Positions 49,447 to 59,314 of a DNA stretch of 64,000 bases are shown one piece after another (position 1 is the first letter of the stretch; every line of letters starts with the position of its first letter). The notes under the pieces are model-generated. The model saw nothing but the letters and a program-made list of their open reading frames with translations. It was not told the origin of the DNA and made no database searches. The DNA is from Bacteroidota bacterium (lineage in GTDB: Bacteria; Bacteroidota; Bacteroidia; Bacteroidales; UBA12077): assembly GCA_020444275.1 (NCBI GenBank), contig JAHLLG010000002.1, positions 938,406 to 1,002,405 of the forward strand, given 5' to 3'. The position numbers and the translations under genes are program-made.

Positions 49447-51963
49447 TTGATTTATGAACGGATGCTTAATGAAAAGGTAATGAAATCAAAGAAACAACTA
49501 AAAGCAGAAATTGAAAAATTACATGATGAAATTGCCTCATTGAAAAATCAATCAGTAAATAAACCTATTCTGGATACCAACTTGAATAGCCACGACTTAT
49601 TTTACTCTATTTTCGAAGAAGCGGGAATTGGAATGGCTATAATTAATAAAGATGCCAATATTGTAAGATTTAATAAAAGTTTTAAAAGTTTATTTGATTA
49701 TTCCAATAATGAATTACTGGCAAAAACATACTTTGATTTAATTCCTGACAATAAAATAGATAAAGCTCATCAGTTTATAGAATCAATGTTTAGCGCCAAA
49801 CTAAATAAATATGAAGCAGAACAACCCTATATAAAAAGTGATGGAACCATAATTTGGTTAAAACTGACAGCATCGCTCATAAAAAATTCGGATGGTGAGC
49901 CTGAGTATATCTTAGGTATGGGAGAAGATGTTACGGAATTAAAAAAGGCGGAAATAATTAAAGATGCTGTATATAATATCTCTAATGCTGTTAGCAATAG
50001 TTACAATTTATCTGAACTAATTGAATCTATTAAAGATAATCTTTCTAAAATAATAGATTCAGAGCACTTTTTTATAGCCATTTATAATGAAATAGAAGAT
50101 AGTTTAAGCATACCCTATCTAGCTGAAAATAAAGAAAATTTTAAAACATTTACAGCTAAAAATACCTTGCCAGGTTATGTAATACAAGAAAAGAAATCTC
50201 TATTCTTAAATCAACAAGAAATATCTAATTTACAAGAGAATAAAAAGATAGATATCCAGGGAGAAGTATGTAAACAATGGTTAGGAATTCCACTAATCAA
50301 CCAGGAAAAATGTGTTGGAGTTTTAAGCGTAAAAAGCTTTGAATCAGAAACTGCATTCAGTTATAACGATTTGACCATTCTGGAAATTCTATCGAATCAG
50401 ATTAGTGATGCTATTCAAAAAATACGCACAGAAGAAGCATTAAAAGTGGAAAGGGCTTATTTTAAAGAGTTATTTGATAACAGTCCTGAAGCGATAGCTA
50501 TTGTTGACAATTCGAGTAAAATTATCAATATTAATAATGAGTTTACTGAGCTCTTTGGATATTCTAAAAACGAGGCAATTAATCAATCCATTGAAGATTT
50601 AATTTCTACACCTGCTTATAAAGATGAGGCTCATAATCTAACTACTGAAATTGCTGTACGTAAAAAAACGGTTAAAATTGATACCAAGCGTCGTAAGAAG
50701 GATGGATCAATGGTAGAAGTCTCGCTTTGGGGAACTCCTATAATTCTTGACAAGGGGCAAATTGCTGTATATGCTATATTCCGAGACATTACAGAACGTA
50801 TTGAAGCTAAAAAAAAGCTGGAAGAGGCTAAAGATAAAGCAGAGGAATCAGATCGATTAAAAACCTCATTCCTAACCAACATGTCGCATGAAATACGCAC
50901 CCCGATGAATGCTATTGTCGGATTCTCGGAGTTAATTGCAGAACCCACTACCGATCAGGAATCTCGTAAAGAATTCGCTGAACAGATTTACAACAGTAGT
51001 AAAATGTTGCTAAAATTAATCGACGATATTATTGATATTTCACAACTGGATTCTGCAAACCTGGAATTAAACATCAAGAAGACCAATCTTTCCAAGTTAC
51101 TTTCTGATATTTTCACTAAATTTTCAAAAGAAAAAATTAAGGAAAATAAAGATAATATTGAGCTTCTTTTGCATAATCCTTTTGGCGATTTAACAACTTA
51201 CATTGAAACCGATGAGTTTAGATTTAAGCAAATATTTTACAATCTGATAAACAATGCATTAAAATACACGGAGCAAGGTTTTATTGAGTTTGGATTTGAT
51301 GTAAACCACAACGACGAACCAATTTTTTATGTCAGAGATACCGGTATAGGAATACCTGCTGATAAAATAAATAGTATTTTTCAACATTTTACGAAAATTG
51401 AAGATAGAAGAAAATTGTATAGAGGAACAGGAATAGGGTTAACCATAACAAAAAAATTGGTTAGCTTGCTGGGAGGAGAAATATGGGTTGAATCAAATCT
51501 TGGTATTGGATCGATATTTTATTTTACTATAAGCGAAAAAGTTTCCTTTGTTAAACTTAAGAATTCTTCTTTGGATAATAAAATATATAATTGGGCAGGT
51601 AAAAAGATTTTAGTAGCCGAAGATGACGATACAAATTATCAGGTGATTAAAGCTTCATTATCTCGAACACACGCAAATTTAGTGAGAGTGCATAATGGTG
51701 AAAAAGCTGTAGACGAATGCTTATCTAATGCGTTTGATCTAATTATTATGGATATTAAAATGCCTAATCTGGATGGCATTGAAGCAACTAAGAAAATAAG
51801 ATTTAAAAACCGGAATATTCCTATTATAGCACAAACTGCATTCTTTCTTAAAAATGAAAGAGACACGTGTATTGATGCCGGATGTAACGATTATATTCCG
51901 AAGCCTGTAAACTCTCGTAAATTGCTTGAAACCATTAACAAATACTTTATTAACGGGAACTAA
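49447..51963 (+). CDS. Cytoplasmic PAS-GAF-PAS hybrid histidine kinase/response regulator
   Basis: PAS/PAC and GAF domains; MSHEIRTPMN, NALKYT, DTGIGI, GTGIGL and receiver MDIKMP. True start may be ATG 49461 or 49480-region. Confidence 0.92.
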   Translation: MIYERMLNEKVMKSKKQLKAEIEKLHDEIASLKNQSVNKPILDTNLNSHDLFYSIFEEAGIGMAIINKDANIVRFNKSFKSLFDYSNNELLAKTYFDLIPDNKIDKAHQFIESMFSAKLNKYEAEQPYIKSDGTIIWLKLTASLIKNSDGEPEYILGMGEDVTELKKAEIIKDAVYNISNAVSNSYNLSELIESIKDNLSKIIDSEHFFIAIYNEIEDSLSIPYLAENKENFKTFTAKNTLPGYVIQEKKSLFLNQQEISNLQENKKIDIQGEVCKQWLGIPLINQEKCVGVLSVKSFESETAFSYNDLTILEILSNQISDAIQKIRTEEALKVERAYFKELFDNSPEAIAIVDNSSKIININNEFTELFGYSKNEAINQSIEDLISTPAYKDEAHNLTTEIAVRKKTVKIDTKRRKKDGSMVEVSLWGTPIILDKGQIAVYAIFRDITERIEAKKKLEEAKDKAEESDRLKTSFLTNMSHEIRTPMNAIVGFSELIAEPTTDQESRKEFAEQIYNSSKMLLKLIDDIIDISQLDSANLELNIKKTNLSKLLSDIFTKFSKEKIKENKDNIELLLHNPFGDLTTYIETDEFRFKQIFYNLINNALKYTEQGFIEFGFDVNHNDEPIFYVRDTGIGIPADKINSIFQHFTKIEDRRKLYRGTGIGLTITKKLVSLLGGEIWVESNLGIGSIFYFTISEKVSFVKLKNSSLDNKIYNWAGKKILVAEDDDTNYQVIKASLSRTHANLVRVHNGEKAVDECLSNAFDLIIMDIKMPNLDGIEATKKIRFKNRNIPIIAQTAFFLKNERDTCIDAGCNDYIPKPVNSRKLLETINKYFINGN

Positions 51964-53779
51964 AATCGTTCATTAAATATTGCAAATAAGCTTTCCCTTT
52001 TATTAAATCATCTTCTGTTTTACCTTCCTGGTACAAAATTCTATTTCCTACATTATCATAAATTACTTTTGAAGAATCAGTTATAAAAGAAAAGCCATCA
52101 TTGAAAACATAAAAGGCAAATTCGTTCGACTCTTCAGATAAGATGTTTTTACTAAATGCATAATCGTTATAATTAAAACCCAGTTGAGAAAGAACAGTAG
52201 CAGGAATATCAATTTGCGAGCCAATTCGGTTAACAACCTGAACTGAATCATTTAATACACCACCAAGCCATAACATAGGTATTTCAAATTTTTCCAACTC
52301 ATGATTTTGCGAGTTTCCCGGACGAGCGCTTCCATGATCAGCAATCAAAATAAATAAAGTATTATTCCAAATTTCTGTGGCTTTTATCTTTCTGAAAAAG
52401 TCTCCAAGACAACTATCAGTATAAGCAACTGAATTTAAGTATTTTGAATCAAGATCTGTTCCATCAAAAGCTGAGTGCATTGGCACCTCATATGGATCGT
52501 GACTACTTAACGTAAAAGCTGTTTTTAAATAAGGCTGGTTATCTTTTAGAAGATCCTCGTATAAATAGTTAAACAGATATTCATCGTGCACTCCCCATTT
52601 TGAATTGTTTAGTTCTTTATCAAAATTATCAACCGTAATGAGGTGATCAACTCCTGCATTTAAGAAGTAAGAACGCATATTTGCAAAATCAATATCGCCA
52701 CCATAATAAAAATAGGTTTCATATCCATGTTTACTAAACGACTTATAAACGGATGGCAATGATTCTGTTTTTGTTGGAGTTTTAATTATCGATGTAGTGG
52801 GTTGCCCCGGATAACCACTTAGTACCGATAAAATACCTTTATCGCTTCTACTTGCATTGGCGTAAAGGTTTTTGAACACAATACCTTCATTCATAAGATT
52901 GCTTAAGTTAGGAGCTGCATTCCATCGGCCTCCTAATTCAGGAATAACTTTCGACGAAAAGCTTTCCAATAATATAATTACTACATTGGGATTATCAGAA
53001 GAAATAAGATCAAAAGCATTACCACCTCTCCTATTTAGCTCATGAACAATTTCTTCGGCTTTTCTATCGCTCATAAAACTGTATGACTTTTCATGATTTT
53101 TTCTGTAAAAAACAGAATTCATCACATTCCAAACCACATTTACTGCTGCATGATTAGCAAATTTGTTTTCACTAAAATATACCATTCCAGTATTCATAGG
53201 TGCAATACCTACACTACCACGGATTGGTAAAATCATACTTCCGGTAAGTAATAATAAAAATAGCGGTGCAGTTATTCTGCCTTTTTCAATTTTAAGAACC
53301 TGTGGTTTTATTTTTCTGTTGTATGTGCAAATGCCCAACAATACCAGTGCAACAATAAACAACACTAATGCTATTTCGAGCCATAATGCAGTAGATGCCA
53401 TAGCTTCTTTAGGTTGAGTTATATAAAGCAGAGGAGTTGCATCCATTCTAAAACCCCAGTTCTTGTATAATTCCATATCAACAACAACAATAACTGAAGA
53501 AACAACTAATACAAATATGGTAAAAGGTTTTATGATTTTATTTATCCATTTACCATTGGTTATGCTTGTTAATGTTAATATTAATCCTACTGCAGCCATT
53601 ATGTATCCTGTTGTAGAAAGATCCATCCTTAAGCCGTTAACAAAAACAAGAATAGTTTCTTTAAAACTTAACTGAAGCGAAAAGCTGTTCTCATAAATTA
53701 AAAAAAAGAAGCGAGCCAGAATAAAATATACAATCCAAAAAATGGCATATCGGAAAAAAAAACGCAGTCGTTGTTTCAT
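51950..53779 (-). CDS. LTA synthase / sulfatase-like membrane phosphotransferase
   Basis: N-terminal TM segments; LESF, RSDKG, SSHDPY and ADHG motifs. Confidence 0.88.
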   Translation of the reverse strand: MKQRLRFFFRYAIFWIVYFILARFFFLIYENSFSLQLSFKETILVFVNGLRMDLSTTGYIMAAVGLILTLTSITNGKWINKIIKPFTIFVLVVSSVIVVVDMELYKNWGFRMDATPLLYITQPKEAMASTALWLEIALVLFIVALVLLGICTYNRKIKPQVLKIEKGRITAPLFLLLLTGSMILPIRGSVGIAPMNTGMVYFSENKFANHAAVNVVWNVMNSVFYRKNHEKSYSFMSDRKAEEIVHELNRRGGNAFDLISSDNPNVVIILLESFSSKVIPELGGRWNAAPNLSNLMNEGIVFKNLYANASRSDKGILSVLSGYPGQPTTSIIKTPTKTESLPSVYKSFSKHGYETYFYYGGDIDFANMRSYFLNAGVDHLITVDNFDKELNNSKWGVHDEYLFNYLYEDLLKDNQPYLKTAFTLSSHDPYEVPMHSAFDGTDLDSKYLNSVAYTDSCLGDFFRKIKATEIWNNTLFILIADHGSARPGNSQNHELEKFEIPMLWLGGVLNDSVQVVNRIGSQIDIPATVLSQLGFNYNDYAFSKNILSEESNEFAFYVFNDGFSFITDSSKVIYDNVGNRILYQEGKTEDDLIKGKAYLQYLMNDFSSR

Positions 53780-53853
53780 ATGTTATTAAAAGTTTATGCA
53801 AAAATAAAATTATTGTTATTTTAGTTACATCTTTTAACAAATTTTAATTTATT

Positions 53854-54834
53854 ATGAAAAAATATATATCGTTAGCTGTTTTAATCATATTTATGGTTTT
53901 TCTTATAATTAGCTGTAAACAGATTGATCAGGAAACAAAGAAACCAGATTATGTAATAGTAATTCATGGAGGAGCAGGAAATGCCAGCAACCAGGATATT
54001 AATAAAGAAGAGCAACAAGAATATAAAGAGAAGTTATCCGAAGCATTAACCATTGGCGAAAACATTCTTAAAGAAGGTGGAACCAGTATTGAAGCTATTG
54101 AAAAAACCATAAACTATCTAGAAGATTGCCCAATGTTTAATGCTGGCAAAGGTGCTGTTTTTACACATGATGGTAAAAATGAGTTAGATGCTTCCATAAT
54201 GAACGGAGCTGATTTAAATGCAGGTGCAGTTGCGAGTGTTGGTGATATTAAAAATCCAATATCAGCTGCTATAAAAGTAATGAATAACTCAGAGCATGTT
54301 TTACTTTCTGGTCATGGTGCATCAGAGTTTGCCAAGGAGCAAAACATAGAAATTGTAGATTCTTCATATTTCTTTACTGAAAAAAGATGGGAAAGCTTAC
54401 AGCACGTTCTTAAATCGAAAAAACACGGCACAGTAGGATGCGTAGTTCTTGACAAATATGGTAATCTTGCTGCCGGAACATCGACCGGTGGAAGAACAAA
54501 TAAAAAATATGGGCGTATTGGAGATTCACCAATTATTGGAGCCGGCACATATGCTAATAATAATACATGCGCCATTTCTGCAACAGGACACGGTGAATAT
54601 TTTATTCGTTATGCAGTAGCACACGATATTTCGGCACTTATGGAGTATAAAGACATGAGCCTTGCTGAAGCTTCTGAACTGGTAATTAATAAAAAATTAG
54701 TAGAAGCCGGAGGTTTAGGTGGTATTATTGGTGTCGACAAAAATGGAAATATTGCAACGACATTCAATACTAACATGATGTTTAGAGCCTATGCGAAATC
54801 GACAGGTGAAAGAAAAATTGCAATATTTAAATAA
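53854..54834 (+). CDS. iaaA: Isoaspartyl peptidase/L-asparaginase (Ntn hydrolase), lipoprotein
   Basis: IHGGAG, HG|TVG nucleophile, TSTGG, GRIGDSP and TGHGE motifs; ISC lipobox. Confidence 0.9.
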   Translation: MKKYISLAVLIIFMVFLIISCKQIDQETKKPDYVIVIHGGAGNASNQDINKEEQQEYKEKLSEALTIGENILKEGGTSIEAIEKTINYLEDCPMFNAGKGAVFTHDGKNELDASIMNGADLNAGAVASVGDIKNPISAAIKVMNNSEHVLLSGHGASEFAKEQNIEIVDSSYFFTEKRWESLQHVLKSKKHGTVGCVVLDKYGNLAAGTSTGGRTNKKYGRIGDSPIIGAGTYANNNTCAISATGHGEYFIRYAVAHDISALMEYKDMSLAEASELVINKKLVEAGGLGGIIGVDKNGNIATTFNTNMMFRAYAKSTGERKIAIFK

Positions 54835-54996
54835 TCTGTTAAACGGGTAAACAGAATTATTAACAATATATAGTGGATTATTTCTTACTAATAATTCATT
54901 ATATCTAATAGAAATATTATAAATTTGGAACTAATCGTTTTTTAAAACAAAAAGTAATTATTACTGGCAAAGTTATACTGAACCAATTTTTAACAC

Positions 54997-56088
54997 ATGA
55001 CGAACGAAGACTCTAATGCCTTTTTTGAATCGGGAATAAAAAGCTTTTTTAAAAACTCTCTTCAATTTAATCTTAAGTACTACAAATCTATTCCTTTTAT
55101 AATTTATAGTATTTATAATCAGTACAAAGCATATTTAAAACGAAAAGAAATGCTAAAGCAAGGAATAAATATACCTCCGGTTATGGCATTAAGTATTACC
55201 GATAAATGTAACCTGAATTGCAAAGGTTGTTACCTAAAATCACAGAAGAGAACTCAGAAAGCTCCAATAACCGATCAGGAGATTGAAAAATATCTTAAGG
55301 AATCGAAGGAATTGGGTGTAAGTATTATCCTGTTGTTAGGTGGTGAACCTTTAATGAAAGATGTGTTTAAACTAACCAAAAATCATAAGAATATGATCTT
55401 TAGTATGTTTACTAATTCTACATTAATTGATGATAGTATGGTAAAGAAACTAAAGAAAAACAAACATATTATACCTATCTTAAGTATGGAAGGAACCGAT
55501 ACTAACCAGCGCAGAGGTTCGGGAATACTGGAAAGTATCGAAAACGTTTCCAAAAAACTTAATCGTGAAAAACTACTATTTGGAATATCATTAACAGTAA
55601 CACGGCAAAATTTTGACGAAGTATGTAGTGAAGAATTTGTAAACAAACACAAGAGAGCCGGTAGCATGTTCTTTTCGTATTTTAGGTATATTCCTATTGA
55701 TACCAGCACAATGGACATGGTACTTACAGAAGAACAAGAAAAACGTTTTGAAGAATTCACATGCTCTTTTAGAGAAAAATATAAAACATTAATTTTGTCG
55801 CCTGCTATAGAAAAAAAATATGGAGGTTGTTTAGGAGCCGGTAAGGGAGTTGCACATATAAACTATGATGGTTCTTTGGAAGTATGCCCATTTGCTCCTT
55901 TTTCAGATGTATCGGTTCGAAACATGTCAATTCGGGAAGCCTTGCAGTCCAGTTTATTTATGAATTTAAGAAAGCATCATAAAAAAATGATCGATAACGG
56001 ATTAAGCATGTGCACTCTTTGGAAAGATGAGAAATGGGATTATGCCATTAAAAATAACGATTTTAGTGTAGTTGATAATACTTATTAA
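54997..56088 (+). CDS. Radical SAM protein with SPASM/twitch-type C-terminal domain
   Basis: CNLNCKGC, GGEP, FTN and GGCLGAG...HINYDGSLEVCPF...C motifs. Confidence 0.9.
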   Translation: MTNEDSNAFFESGIKSFFKNSLQFNLKYYKSIPFIIYSIYNQYKAYLKRKEMLKQGINIPPVMALSITDKCNLNCKGCYLKSQKRTQKAPITDQEIEKYLKESKELGVSIILLLGGEPLMKDVFKLTKNHKNMIFSMFTNSTLIDDSMVKKLKKNKHIIPILSMEGTDTNQRRGSGILESIENVSKKLNREKLLFGISLTVTRQNFDEVCSEEFVNKHKRAGSMFFSYFRYIPIDTSTMDMVLTEEQEKRFEEFTCSFREKYKTLILSPAIEKKYGGCLGAGKGVAHINYDGSLEVCPFAPFSDVSVRNMSIREALQSSLFMNLRKHHKKMIDNGLSMCTLWKDEKWDYAIKNNDFSVVDNTY

Positions 56089-56202
56089 GTAAGACGTTCG
56101 TTTATAACTACCAAATATTCATCCGGTATCTATTAATTTTTGAAATCTTCAAATCATAGAGATCATAACTATAATCCATTTGAAATTTGAATTACACGAT
56201 GT

Positions 56203-56601
56203 ATGAAAAAAGATCACGTACCTCAAAATAAAAATAACCTGCATAAAGGAACCTACAAAACAGTAGTTTATGCTGTTGATGATAATGGAGAATATGTTAA
56301 GGTAAAAACATCAGGTTGGGAACCTGAAGATATTGCGCATGAACAAGCGTGGGAACAAATTAATAAGAGAATTGAAGATACAAAAAAGCAGATACTACAG
56401 GGAGAATTAAGTCCATTAGCTTATTATATGGAAAAATCCATTATGACACCAAAAAGACTTGCTGCAATGGCCGAACTACCCGTACGAAAAGTTAAACGAC
56501 ATCTAAAACCTAAAAGATTTAGAAAGCTAAAAGAAAAATATCTTACCATTTATGCCCAGGTTTTTGATATCACTGTAGAAGACTTAACTAATTTCAAATA
56601 G
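56203..56601 (+). CDS. Conserved small protein of the type seen next to BtrH-like/ABC genes in flexirubin/dialkylresorcinol clusters
   Basis: MKKxxVPQ, YAVDDNGEY, SGWEPE, SPLAYYM and VKRHLKP blocks; family recognised from memory. Confidence 0.7.
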   Translation: MKKDHVPQNKNNLHKGTYKTVVYAVDDNGEYVKVKTSGWEPEDIAHEQAWEQINKRIEDTKKQILQGELSPLAYYMEKSIMTPKRLAAMAELPVRKVKRHLKPKRFRKLKEKYLTIYAQVFDITVEDLTNFK

Positions 56602-56608
56602 TACTATT

Positions 56609-57541
56609 TTGAGCCGGAGAAAACGCAAAATCGAAGAAATCTTACGTTACCTTGAAAGAATTCCTGAATCTCAGTTTGATTATTCAAAAAATGAAAACAT
56701 CAGGTTTTTTCGAAACATATTCAATTTAAAAGCATTTTTTTACTGGAAAAAAAAGCATTTGCCTTTAATTGATACTGAGCGCTTAACGGAATTAACTGAT
56801 TTTGGAAACGAAAAATATTCTGAGGAACTTCACCATAGTATGATCAAAGTGGAACGCGGACTAATTCCCGGTTTTATAACCCCTCTGGTTAATGAGATTT
56901 CCAAATACATCCTGAAACAAAATTCCAATTTACTTATTGCAGATATTGGTTCAGGGTCGTCAGAAGCTACTCGTCAGGTTTTACAAAAGATTTTAAAAAA
57001 ACGAAACGATATTAAACTAACCATTATTGCCTTTGACCAATCCAAAGCATCACATACCATTGCTAAATCAAACATCTCCTCTCTATCTTCTTCTCCGCAA
57101 ATAATTGAAAAAGAAAATTTAACGCAGGATGAACTGCTTAAAATTAGAGAAACATCAACCAGTAAAATAACAGTAATTTTTGCCAGCAACGACATTTTCA
57201 ATCTTACCTGCGATTTTGATAAAACAACATTCGACATCTCGTATCACTCGTTTTTTAAACATCACCTGAATAAAACGCAGAAAGAAAAAATTGATCATAT
57301 ACTGCAAGAAAAATCGAAGATAGTATTTGAATACGATGGCTTCTATAATATTTCCGGTATGACAGTACAGGCTTTATATAGTTGGAAAGATCCCGTTTTA
57401 TTAAATGGAGCAGTTTTTTCTAATTTGTTATATCCTAAAAAGAGCGATTTAGAAAAAAATAAACAAAACGGTAAATTAAAATTCTATAAATTTGGTAACT
57501 TCTTTACATATCGAGGGACCTATTTAAAAACGTATAGCTAA
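56609..57541 (+). CDS. Divergent class I SAM-dependent methyltransferase-like protein (TTG start)
   Basis: IADIGSGS motif I, IAFDQS motif II, FDISYHSFFKHHL. Confidence 0.65.
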   Translation: MSRRKRKIEEILRYLERIPESQFDYSKNENIRFFRNIFNLKAFFYWKKKHLPLIDTERLTELTDFGNEKYSEELHHSMIKVERGLIPGFITPLVNEISKYILKQNSNLLIADIGSGSSEATRQVLQKILKKRNDIKLTIIAFDQSKASHTIAKSNISSLSSSPQIIEKENLTQDELLKIRETSTSKITVIFASNDIFNLTCDFDKTTFDISYHSFFKHHLNKTQKEKIDHILQEKSKIVFEYDGFYNISGMTVQALYSWKDPVLLNGAVFSNLLYPKKSDLEKNKQNGKLKFYKFGNFFTYRGTYLKTYS

Positions 57542-57543
57542 AC

Positions 57544-58539
57544 ATGGAACAGAAGGTAATTATAGATTTTCCGCACAAACAGTTATCGCATTGCGAAAAT
57601 GGAGCTATTTGTAACTTATTAAACTTTAACAATTTTGATATAAGTGAACCGCTGATTTTTGGTATAGGTTCAGGAATATTTTTTGCCTATATGCCTTTTG
57701 TTAAGAATTATGATATCCCACTTACATCCTATAGAATAATGCCTGGACAGATCTACAAAAATGCAACCAAGCGATTAAATGTAAAGATGTTTAAACGGAC
57801 CTATAAGGACAAGCAAAAAGCTATGGATGAGTTGGATCAGATGCTTGAAAAGGGACAACCTGTCGGGTTACTAACTAATCTCTATTATCTACCTTTCTTC
57901 CCAAAATCATATCGTTTTCATTATAACGCGCATAATACAATTATTTATGGAAAAGATGGAAATAATTACCTGGTAAGCGATCCTGTACTCGAAGATAAGG
58001 CAACCATTTCGTATGATGATTTACTAAAAGCCAGATTTGCTAAAGGAATTATAAGTGTTAAAGGTGATATATACTACCCTCTGTCAGTACCTGAAAATCT
58101 CGATATTAGTAAATCTATAAAGCAGGGAATGCAAGCTACTAAAAAGTTAATGATCAAAAATCCTATACCTTATCATGGCATTACAGGTATAAAATTATTA
58201 GCTAAACGAATTCGAAAAGAAAAAGATAACACCGAGTTTATAAAAGCATTTTTAGGTAATATAATACGTATACAAGAAGAAGCAGGAACAGGAGGTGCGG
58301 GATTCCGATACATGTATGCAGCGTTTTTGCAGGAAGCTGCCAAAATATTACAACAAGATCAACTCTATAAAACCTCTGAAAAGCTAACTCAGGTGGGCGA
58401 TTCATGGAGAGAATTTGGTTTAAATGCAGGTAGAATTCTTAAAGGTAGAAGTGCTGATCAGAATGGAACATTCAATACCATAAATGATATTTTACTCGAC
58501 ATAGCAGATCAAGAAAAACAGATATTTCAATCTTTTTAG
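57544..58539 (+). CDS. BtrH N-terminal-domain (papain/C39-like) putative acyltransferase/peptidase
   Basis: HCENG catalytic Cys, SEPLIFGIGSG, FHYNAHN His, VSDPV and QEEAGTGGAGFRYMYAAFLQEA motifs. Confidence 0.85.
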   Translation: MEQKVIIDFPHKQLSHCENGAICNLLNFNNFDISEPLIFGIGSGIFFAYMPFVKNYDIPLTSYRIMPGQIYKNATKRLNVKMFKRTYKDKQKAMDELDQMLEKGQPVGLLTNLYYLPFFPKSYRFHYNAHNTIIYGKDGNNYLVSDPVLEDKATISYDDLLKARFAKGIISVKGDIYYPLSVPENLDISKSIKQGMQATKKLMIKNPIPYHGITGIKLLAKRIRKEKDNTEFIKAFLGNIIRIQEEAGTGGAGFRYMYAAFLQEAAKILQQDQLYKTSEKLTQVGDSWREFGLNAGRILKGRSADQNGTFNTINDILLDIADQEKQIFQSF

Positions 58540-58552
58540 AATTTTGAAGTTC

Positions 58553-59314
58553 ATGCAAAAGCACGAATCGAACACAGTTATTCAAGTCAACAACTTGAAT
58601 AAAAAATATAAAAACTCTTTAGAGTTTGCTGTCAATAACCTTTCCTTTACCGTACAAAAAGGAGAAATTTTTGGTTTATTAGGTCCAAACGGAGCAGGAA
58701 AAACCACTACAATAAATATAATTACCGGAACCTTAAAACCCACCTCAGGTCAGGTAAACATTGCAAACCAGAGCATTAAACGTAATTTTAACACTCTGAA
58801 ACAAAAAATAGGAGTTGTTCCTCAGCAAATTGCTCTTTATCCTACATTAAACGTTTACAACAACTTACTGATTTTTGGAAATCTGTACGGAATAAAAAAA
58901 CAAATTCTTAATAACAATATAAGAAAATACCTTAAAATCTTTGGCCTGGAACATAAGGTTAAAGCAAAAGTGAAACACTTATCAGCCGGAATGCAAAGAA
59001 GATTGAATATTATTGCCGGTCTTCTGCATAATCCCGAAATTTTAATACTGGATGAACCTACTGCAGGAATCGATGTGCAATCTAAGCAGTTTATAATTAA
59101 TAATTTAATTCAATTAAACAAAGCTGGAACAACAATATTATATACATCGCACTATATGGAAGAAGCAGAAAAATTTTGTTCACATATAGCCATTATTGAT
59201 AATGGTAATATTATAATACAAAATAAACCACAAAACTTAATTTCTCAGTATCCTGATTGCACTAACCTTGAGGATGTTTTCATCCATATTACCGGTAAAC
59301 AGTTAAGAGAATGA
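58553..59314 (+). CDS. ABC exporter ATP-binding subunit
   Basis: GPNGAGKTT, LSAGMQRR, LDEPTAGID and SHYMEE motifs; likely ATG at 58553. Confidence 0.93.
   Translation: MQKHESNTVIQVNNLNKKYKNSLEFAVNNLSFTVQKGEIFGLLGPNGAGKTTTINIITGTLKPTSGQVNIANQSIKRNFNTLKQKIGVVPQQIALYPTLNVYNNLLIFGNLYGIKKQILNNNIRKYLKIFGLEHKVKAKVKHLSAGMQRRLNIIAGLLHNPEILILDEPTAGIDVQSKQFIINNLIQLNKAGTTILYTSHYMEEAEKFCSHIAIIDNGNIIIQNKPQNLISQYPDCTNLEDVFIHITGKQLRE

Noticed and set aside
51950-51963. 14-nt overlap of convergent kinase and LTA-synthase genes
   Set aside because: Short tail-to-tail overlaps are common, and both proteins end at their expected domain boundaries.
54835-56202. RiPP interpretation (rSAM/SPASM + C39-like protein + ABC + S8 protease)
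   Set aside because: No precursor ORF or RRE domain is visible, the 132-aa protein looks folded rather than leader-core, and the S8 gene is separated by a terminator-like hairpin. A distant precursor cannot be excluded.
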